This document shows, piece by piece, positions 57,689-64,000 of a DNA stretch of 64,000 nucleotides. The notes beneath the pieces are model-generated. The model was not told where the DNA came from and searched no databases. It saw nothing but the letters and a program-made list of their open reading frames with translations. Origin of the DNA: a virus (lineage: Duplodnaviria; Caudoviricetes); IMG/VR virus record IMGVR_UViG_3300020577_007160, positions 64,001 through 128,000 of that record; one strand, 5' to 3'. How positions within the stretch are numbered: the first letter of the stretch is position 1; the number at the start of each line of letters is the position of its first letter. The position numbers were made by a program, and so were the translations under genes.

Positions 57689-59167
57689 TTAAACAACATT
57701 AACGTCAAACCCACCAACCATTTGAACAAGATTAACGTAGACTGTTTCAGCAACTTCTGCGAAGTTCATATAAATGTCAACGACTAACTGACGATTCTGA
57801 CGAACATTCACATCATTGTTTGTTGCATCACAAGTCACCCGAACATTATTATCATATCCATTTTCGCGTTCAAACATCCCCTTTGTGAATTGAGACGATA
57901 AGAATATATTTATAGCATTTTGAATCTGAGCTCGTGTGCGATCATTATTCTGACGTTGTTCGTATTCTCCAAGAGTTTGACGAAACGTAGAAATCAAGAA
58001 ATTGATTGAACGTCGAATATGGATAGAATAATGTTTCGATGTTGTGGAAAGAGTTCTTGAGGTTCGGGTAACAAATCCCTTACCTTTATAATACTGAATA
58101 ACATTCCAACCATTGGTATGAACCATTACTTCAATAGCGGAATTCGACAATTCATATTTTTGTCCTAGAACACCAAAAATTGAGGCTCTCAATCCTGCAG
58201 GTGGTACGAAAGCATTACCACCCTCCGAAATGCATTGACGAATATAATATGCTCCGATAACGCCTCCCAAATTCGGAATCCATTGCTGTGCCCCTCCAGA
58301 GAAATAATTAGCAACTTTAGTCCAGTTGAAATATCCTGCTAAGAAAGATTTACTTATATTCAAAGCAGAATATGTTGTTGACAAGTCTGAAGTAGTAGAA
58401 GCATATGTTGCAGCAATCAATCCCATGCAGTCGTTTCTACCAGAACAATATGTTTCCAATGCCTGATGATCTGTCAATGCCGTCCATTCTGGTGCGAACA
58501 GCATTTGAACAGAATAGTTATCTAAATAACCATATTCTGTTGCTGATAAATTAGTAGGAGCAGTAGGATTTGTACCAGTTGCCAATGCTGTTTTTGTGCA
58601 TGCTGCAAGAGTGTAGGATCCAGTAATGACAGCTTTTACGTAACGACTCTGGGATTGAAGAGTCCCTTCAATTGTGCCAGTAGTCAATCCTCCAATGGAC
58701 TCTACTAAAACATCAGAACCTGAAGTAGAATCATAAACATTGCATTTCCACGCTGAGCCATCAGCAACAACCTCTACCTTATAATTATTAGTATAAGTCC
58801 CTTGGGACTCATCCCCATAATATGCTGCTGTGAATGTTATCTGATTCGGGGATGTTCCAAAGGCAATTACACCACCTGTGCCCAATGCACCTGAATTCGC
58901 AGGACGCAGGCAATATACATTAATATCATTAGGAGCAGCGTTCGCAAATAATGCTCTTATTTCATAATAAGAAACTAATTGGGATGCCGTAGTAACCGGA
59001 CCAAAAATTATTTCATAATCTTTTAAAGATGAAATAAAAATGACCTTATTTACTGGTCCGCGTAATGATTTAACAATTACCCCTACGTTAGTTATATCTG
59101 CAGGAGTTAGCACCGGACTGCTTGGTCCGGCTAATTCTCTAACTTGTAATCCAATAGGTTGTGCCAT
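57689..59167 (-). CDS. Contractile tail sheath protein
   Basis: GLQVRE, RGPVN..I.S..DY...FG, PPAG, SRTLS, IHIRR, CDATNN, AETV. Confidence 0.92.
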   Translation of the reverse strand: MAQPIGLQVRELAGPSSPVLTPADITNVGVIVKSLRGPVNKVIFISSLKDYEIIFGPVTTASQLVSYYEIRALFANAAPNDINVYCLRPANSGALGTGGVIAFGTSPNQITFTAAYYGDESQGTYTNNYKVEVVADGSAWKCNVYDSTSGSDVLVESIGGLTTGTIEGTLQSQSRYVKAVITGSYTLAACTKTALATGTNPTAPTNLSATEYGYLDNYSVQMLFAPEWTALTDHQALETYCSGRNDCMGLIAATYASTTSDLSTTYSALNISKSFLAGYFNWTKVANYFSGGAQQWIPNLGGVIGAYYIRQCISEGGNAFVPPAGLRASIFGVLGQKYELSNSAIEVMVHTNGWNVIQYYKGKGFVTRTSRTLSTTSKHYSIHIRRSINFLISTFRQTLGEYEQRQNNDRTRAQIQNAINIFLSSQFTKGMFERENGYDNNVRVTCDATNNDVNVRQNRQLVVDIYMNFAEVAETVYVNLVQMVGGFDVNVV

Positions 59168-59196
59168 GGTTCTTTATTTCAAATTATAAAAAATGT

Positions 59197-59586
59197 TTAT
59201 CTATTCAATATTCTTTTCGCATAAGATAATCTAATACTCCAACCCGAAGCATCGGGGTCACCAGCACAGTCTTCATCATCCGTAACCCATGCCTGATCAT
59301 CATCAATGGAACAAATCCAAAGTTTTCCATAGGATCCAAAATCAACATAATCTCCAGGTTCTATTTCATCAATATCTATATTTTCTGAAAATCTAGATTC
59401 TTTTACCTTAGATTTCTGTTTTTTCCATTTATTGAAGGCAATTATATATTCTCTTTCAGAATTAAATTTTCCTCCAGTTTCTTTTTCAAATTGTTTTAAT
59501 TCTTTATCAGAAGCATCTTGATAAAGAGATTTTCCTTCTTTCAATACTTTTGATTCAAGTCTTCTGATTCTTTGTTCAATGTTCAT
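59197..59586 (-). CDS. Tagged hypothetical protein
   Basis: Start MNIEQRIRRLESKVLKEG at 59586; further VKES and FSEN sites. Confidence 0.75.
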   Translation of the reverse strand: MNIEQRIRRLESKVLKEGKSLYQDASDKELKQFEKETGGKFNSEREYIIAFNKWKKQKSKVKESRFSENIDIDEIEPGDYVDFGSYGKLWICSIDDDQAWVTDDEDCAGDPDASGWSIRLSYAKRILNR

Positions 59587-59587
59587 T

Positions 59588-60253
59588 TTAATTTCCTTCA
59601 ACAAAAGTATTTGTATTAACTATAAAACTCAATATTCGTAGATAATCTACTGGTTTCGTAGAATATAACGAAGTCTCAATTTTAATTGTTTGAATTGCTC
59701 TGAATTTATTTGAATCCTCTTCCACATTTTGAGTAATTGGATCCATCTTAACAGTATGATTTATTCCAAAAAGATTTATATATTGTTGATTATAATCATC
59801 TTCCACCATCTTATAATACAATAAATCTTTTAATATTCGGTGATCAATCCAACTATCAGAAATTCCTTCAATTTGATATTGAAATGCTACTCTACGAATG
59901 GCTCGATGTTGACTTGCGATATCAGTATCTTTATCAAAAGTGGATTCAGTATCAGTATAGGGCATTGTCTCTCTGAGATCTTCTTCATCCAAAGGAGAAA
60001 CCAAAATAAACGGATATGTTAATTTTGGGTTCTGCCTAAGAATTGTTTCTACTGTTAATTGTTTTTCATATATGTTTGAATATCTAAATATTACCGGAAC
60101 ATATTGAGCCGGAACATTAGCATTAGAACCATCCAGTATCTCAAGATTTACTTTTGAAGTATCAGTTGAATCCAGAGAGACAATCCATTTGAAATATCTT
60201 GTTTGAAGGTATTTCATGAACTCAATGTCTATTTCATAGATTTGAGTATACAT
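59588..60253 (-). CDS. Probable tail terminator / neck protein (gp15-like)
   Basis: VPVIF, YPFI.V, F.YQI; upstream of the sheath gene. Confidence 0.5.
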   Translation of the reverse strand: MYTQIYEIDIEFMKYLQTRYFKWIVSLDSTDTSKVNLEILDGSNANVPAQYVPVIFRYSNIYEKQLTVETILRQNPKLTYPFILVSPLDEEDLRETMPYTDTESTFDKDTDIASQHRAIRRVAFQYQIEGISDSWIDHRILKDLLYYKMVEDDYNQQYINLFGINHTVKMDPITQNVEEDSNKFRAIQTIKIETSLYSTKPVDYLRILSFIVNTNTFVEGN

Positions 60254-60276
60254 ATATTTGTTAATTATAAATCCAA

Positions 60277-60381
60277 TTAAATTTTATTAACAAATTCTTT
60301 TCCATCTTCTTCTAAATTTTTAAAATTTAAGTATTTCACTCTTAAATCAAATTTAATTGCTTCCCTTAATAAATGCCTCAA
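60277..60381 (-). CDS. Possible 34-aa peptide MRHLLREAIK...
   Basis: TTG overlapping the upstream stop (TTGA); fills the gap. Confidence 0.3.
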   Translation of the reverse strand: MRHLLREAIKFDLRVKYLNFKNLEEDGKEFVNKI

Positions 60382-60809
60382 ATAAAATCTCGATTTAAAA
60401 CTTCAACCTCATAATTTTCTTTTTTTGAAGAATTAAAAAGATTTTTAACAGACCAAGCAATAGAAGCCATATCTAAATTATCTTTAATAGCATTTCCATC
60501 TTTATCTATCCAAATTTCCCCAAACGTTCTGTTGCTCCCATTTCCCCAATTAAAAATATTTCCGGAACATACTCTAAATTTAATTCCAGATGGGCTACTA
60601 TAAAAGCGCATTTCTCCTAAATATTCTGCATATTTAATATTTTTTCTTTGTATCTTTTTTACAAAATACTGATATACATTTTCTGCAATTTCAGGAGTAG
60701 TTTTAGTCGCATAATATTTGCCTGGAACAACTATATTATTCTGATGATTTAATCTTCCTTCTTTTAATATTTTTCTTTCAAGCCTCAAAATACGTTGTTC
60801 AATGTTCAT
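60378..60809 (-). CDS. Tagged hypothetical protein (paralog of 16744..17163)
   Basis: MNIEQRILRLERKILKEG. Confidence 0.78.
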   Translation of the reverse strand: MNIEQRILRLERKILKEGRLNHQNNIVVPGKYYATKTTPEIAENVYQYFVKKIQRKNIKYAEYLGEMRFYSSPSGIKFRVCSGNIFNWGNGSNRTFGEIWIDKDGNAIKDNLDMASIAWSVKNLFNSSKKENYEVEVLNRDFI

Positions 60810-60819
60810 TTTGGTTTCC

Positions 60820-62421
60820 TTAGATTTTTTGAGATAAAAATTTACTTACTCTACGTTTGTAAGATTCTTCTGTTTTAGGTTCTTCTGTTGGAGTTTCTTC
60901 AGCAGATGCTTCTGGTGTCTCTTCCTCTGTTGAGGATGTTTCTTCCGCAGAGTCCTCTACTGGGGGTTCAGTCATCATAGAATCATCGTCTTCAACTGGG
61001 GGAACTTCCATATTGGCAGTTTCATCGAATTCTATTTCAATGATTGATTTACCAGTATCATCAGTAGAACTATGAATATTTTTTATTGGTTTATCAAAAC
61101 TCAAAGAAAGAGACTCATTTATTCTAGATGAAATCAATTTTTTGAATTCTTTCAAAACAACGCTTCTTTTATATTCGGGGTAATCACTGGCAACTTCTTC
61201 ATATAATTGTGGAAGTTTTTTACGTTTTAAATAACGTTTGATCTCGTTTTCATTTACTTTGAAATATTTACGTAAACTACTACGTAATTTACTTTCTGTT
61301 TTACAAGATTCATCTTCATAATCATTTTCATCATATTCTTCTATATCATCTGCTGATATTTCTTCTTCATCTCCGTCTTCATCTTCCATATCCCCAAAGT
61401 CATCAGAAGTATCAATTTCATCCTCCATGTCTGCGTCGGTTTCTGAGTCATCATCCTCGTCATCTTCTGAGACTCGACGCTTATTTCTGCCAAGGCGTTT
61501 TTCTACTTCCATAGATAAATCATCTATATCCATAGTATCTTCATCATTATCTTCTTCATCGTCATTATAGGATTCAATACCATCCTCTAACCCTTCATTA
61601 CGACGAGATTCATATACTTCCTCTGACCCCATTTGTCCCTTGCTACGCAAGCGAGTTAAAAGGGCATTCAAGGATGCGTCCTTCAATGATAAGTCTTCAG
61701 TTTTTAATGTGAAGAACAATTTAGAGTCACCTTCAGATGTTTCTGCAGACCGGAATCGAAAATGCATACCAGAAATAACATTAGTACGAACTTTCAATAA
61801 ATTGTCTTCAACAAGATTCAAAGTAAGGAATGACTTCAATTTATGTTTCAGAACTCGAGAATTTGCAGGACTGAGAATTTTAAATACGCAAATATCTCCA
61901 TCAGCGACAACAAAGAATCGAACAAGTTTCCTTGCATTATCTGTGATAGCAAATAAATATGCTTTATCTGGATAATATCGTGCTATCTTTTTGAGAGATT
62001 TAAAATTTGAAGTATTCTTTAATGCAGACTCAGGATCACCAGGAAGAATACCATAGAATAATAATTGCACATTAGAAACTGTGAGACCTTCTTTAATATT
62101 CAAAGTCTTTTTTAATTTTGAATATGAATTTCCACTTTCTAAGATTCTATCTAATTTTTTCAAAAATGATTCAGTCTTCATAGTGTTATCTGTGACGTTT
62201 ATTAAATGTTTTGTTTCCTGTTCAAATTCCTGCATATGATCTGCAGGGGTCAAATTAATTTTATCGAAACCATTATTTGTTAGATAATTTTTTAATGAAT
62301 CCCCTGATATGAAATTCTTAATTTCTCCTTCGAGATTCACTGAATAAGAATTTCCCATTATAGCATCAATGGTTAAAATTCTACCGAGATTATCTACATA
62401 TTTATCTTGTATTTCGAACAT
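60820..62421 (-). CDS. Acidic low-complexity protein, candidate prohead core/scaffold
   Basis: Long D/E tracts; many (I/L/V)xE-S/G/D sites; located among neck genes. Confidence 0.5.
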   Translation of the reverse strand: MFEIQDKYVDNLGRILTIDAIMGNSYSVNLEGEIKNFISGDSLKNYLTNNGFDKINLTPADHMQEFEQETKHLINVTDNTMKTESFLKKLDRILESGNSYSKLKKTLNIKEGLTVSNVQLLFYGILPGDPESALKNTSNFKSLKKIARYYPDKAYLFAITDNARKLVRFFVVADGDICVFKILSPANSRVLKHKLKSFLTLNLVEDNLLKVRTNVISGMHFRFRSAETSEGDSKLFFTLKTEDLSLKDASLNALLTRLRSKGQMGSEEVYESRRNEGLEDGIESYNDDEEDNDEDTMDIDDLSMEVEKRLGRNKRRVSEDDEDDDSETDADMEDEIDTSDDFGDMEDEDGDEEEISADDIEEYDENDYEDESCKTESKLRSSLRKYFKVNENEIKRYLKRKKLPQLYEEVASDYPEYKRSVVLKEFKKLISSRINESLSLSFDKPIKNIHSSTDDTGKSIIEIEFDETANMEVPPVEDDDSMMTEPPVEDSAEETSSTEEETPEASAEETPTEEPKTEESYKRRVSKFLSQKI

Positions 62422-62447
62422 CGTATTTTAGAGTTTAATATATAACG

Positions 62448-62891
62448 CTAGTCTGAAAATTTATGACTGATATCTATTTGACATATCAAATGAAGTGGAA
62501 CATGAACTGATGGAATGAAATCAGCATACTCCGCTGACAAGATTTCATAACGTTCTGTTTCTTTGTTAAAGGGAAAGATTATCAAGTCTCCTCTTTGTAT
62601 TTCTATGCCTTTTTCTTTTAACTGTCGGCAATTTAATCTAATTTGAATCTTGTTGGTTTTAACCCAAACACCTTCTTGCAATTCATTGATTTTCTTTTCT
62701 CGATCATAATCAGCATTTATTGGTATTAAATTACTACTATAAGTGCTTTTAACTCGCGTACCGAGAATTGAATGGATCTGAGAATGCTCTCGTTGAAATT
62801 GAGAAATATAAATATAAGGAAAACGTTCAAACAACTGTAGTTCATTTTGTTCTACAAGATCTACCTCAGCTTCTGAAAACCATGTTTCCAT
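62448..62891 (-). CDS. Probable head-closure / neck protein (gp14-like)
   Basis: GDLIIFP....YEI motif and context. Confidence 0.5.
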   Translation of the reverse strand: METWFSEAEVDLVEQNELQLFERFPYIYISQFQREHSQIHSILGTRVKSTYSSNLIPINADYDREKKINELQEGVWVKTNKIQIRLNCRQLKEKGIEIQRGDLIIFPFNKETERYEILSAEYADFIPSVHVPLHLICQIDISHKFSD

Positions 62892-63137
62892 TTAGTATTT
62901 TAAAGATATATTATATTCTTCTAATTTATCTTCTATCGTATTTGTAAGTTTATCTAAGTCTGATCTTATTCCAAATACACTAAAAGTTTTCACCCATTTA
63001 ATTCTGAAACTTCCTAATTCTTTGTAACACTGAGCCAAAGATTCTTTATCTCTTTCTGATATATCACTTTCCCTTAAATTTCTTTTATTAGAAACTCTAT
63101 TTTCTAATATTTTGATTCTTTGTTCTAGTGTTTTCAT
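62892..63137 (-). CDS. Tagged hypothetical protein
   Basis: MKTLEQRIKILENRVSNKRNLRES. Confidence 0.72.
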   Translation of the reverse strand: MKTLEQRIKILENRVSNKRNLRESDISERDKESLAQCYKELGSFRIKWVKTFSVFGIRSDLDKLTNTIEDKLEEYNISLKY

Positions 63138-63634
63138 AGTAAATTATATTGTTGTTTCAAAATTTCAAATAAATGTTTAATATCCAAGAAAGCATCAGAA
63201 TCAAAATGATCTTTCAATTTAAATTCTCGGGACATCACTCTCTTCGGATTTATTTCATCAATTCTTTTAGAATTTAATAAGTAATACTTAAAATCAAAAG
63301 TTGAGTACACTAGAACAAAATAGAAAAAATCATATTTAAGTGAGTTTTCAAATCCTAATAATTGAGAATCTGATAACATTCCAAGATGAAAATTTTCAGT
63401 TTCTGTATATTTAAATTCAATCAAGCAACACTTTGATCCATTGAATACAAACATGAAATCTGAAACCTGACCTGGAATCCTCACGCTTACTCTTTTACCA
63501 CCTGTAAATCCAGAGAAAGAATCATAGAATCTTATTAACTGGATATTTCTTTTCTCGGTTTCTACTTTTAATTTCTGAATCAACTTACTTTCAAATTCTT
63601 TTCCTTTTTTCGCTTTAGCGGAACTTGGAGGCAT
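63134..63634 (-). CDS. RecU-like Holliday junction resolvase (PD-(D/E)XK)
   Basis: GKEFE, SDF, IEFK.T, LSDSQ. Confidence 0.75.
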   Translation of the reverse strand: MPPSSAKAKKGKEFESKLIQKLKVETEKRNIQLIRFYDSFSGFTGGKRVSVRIPGQVSDFMFVFNGSKCCLIEFKYTETENFHLGMLSDSQLLGFENSLKYDFFYFVLVYSTFDFKYYLLNSKRIDEINPKRVMSREFKLKDHFDSDAFLDIKHLFEILKQQYNLL

Positions 63635-63668
63635 AGGGTATTATCAGGATTACTATCAAATTAAATGT

Positions 63669-64000
63669 TTATGTTAAATACGTTTGTTTTACTATAGTAG
63701 TGTTAAATGCTTCCAGTAATGCTGTTCCTTCACTCACTAGGGCTTCCCCGTCATTCGTTGCTGCCTGACTACCACCACTGACTCTCCTCAGTATTCTACC
63801 CTCTGTTATTTTTGTTTGAGCCTGAACATATTGCATTATCAATGGTAATTGACTTGAAGGGAAATGTTCATTGGTAGTACTTATATTTGCATAGTCTTCG
63901 GCTAACGCAGGAATCTTAGCTGAAAAATTTATATAGAAACAAGAAGTAGATGGAGGAATATCATCAACATAGATTTTATTTCTATTTTGTTCTGAATACA
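63669..64000 (-). CDS. Neck / head-completion protein (gp13-like), C-terminal part
   Basis: Manual translation: IMQYVQAQTKITEGRILRRVSGG...NDGEALVSEG...; open to the right edge. Confidence 0.6.
   Translation of the reverse strand, partial: YSEQNRNKIYVDDIPPSTSCFYINFSAKIPALAEDYANISTTNEHFPSSQLPLIMQYVQAQTKITEGRILRRVSGGSQAATNDGEALVSEGTALLEAFNTTIVKQTYLT

Noticed and set aside
28670-59167. Bacterial extracellular contractile injection system or tailocin
   Set aside because: The tail genes are linked to phage replication, neck, lysis and long tape measure genes, so this is a phage.
412-61975. All plus-strand ORFs in the track that overlap minus-strand genes (e.g. 412..600, 6778..7158, 43204..43734, 50374..50817)
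   Set aside because: They lie antisense to well-supported minus-strand genes, lack motifs and are typical shadow ORFs.

Overview
This window is a 64-kb, AT-rich fragment of a large myovirus (contractile-tailed, jumbo-like dsDNA phage). Essentially all real genes are on the minus strand. From left to right it contains four blocks. (1) A replication/recombination module: UvsW-like helicase and family A DNA polymerase (each with a mini-intein), a dUMP-hydroxymethylase-like thymidylate synthase, RecA, gp32-like SSB, SbcCD and a 5'-3' exonuclease. (2) An accessory block: PRTase-like, SLOG, 5-hmdU DNA kinase-like and DUF932-like genes. (3) A ~660-bp non-coding region with five perfect 15-bp repeats, followed by a lysis cassette. 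(4) A tail/baseplate/neck module. The most striking unexplained structure is a family of 23 genes scattered between the core genes. Their mostly unrelated bodies all begin with the same short amphipathic tag (xERRIxxLExK-like), usually followed by a T4 prohead-protease-type (I/L/V/F)xE site. This looks like a capsid-targeting signal for a large arsenal of packaged and injected proteins (inference). Three tagged genes are missed or truncated in the ORF track because a (CT)5-6 run inside the tag puts them out of frame. Two of these share the identical AAA-CTC-TCT-CTC-TGA configuration, suggesting programmed recoding or phase variation. Four tagged paralogs carry 2, 4, 6 and 8 LRR-like 21-aa repeats and have recombination-mosaic N-termini. 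A bipartite promoter-like motif (TTTTAW-N11-CGTTCWT) precedes the four replication operons and the DUF932-like gene. All functional calls come from motif recognition by eye; no searches were run.
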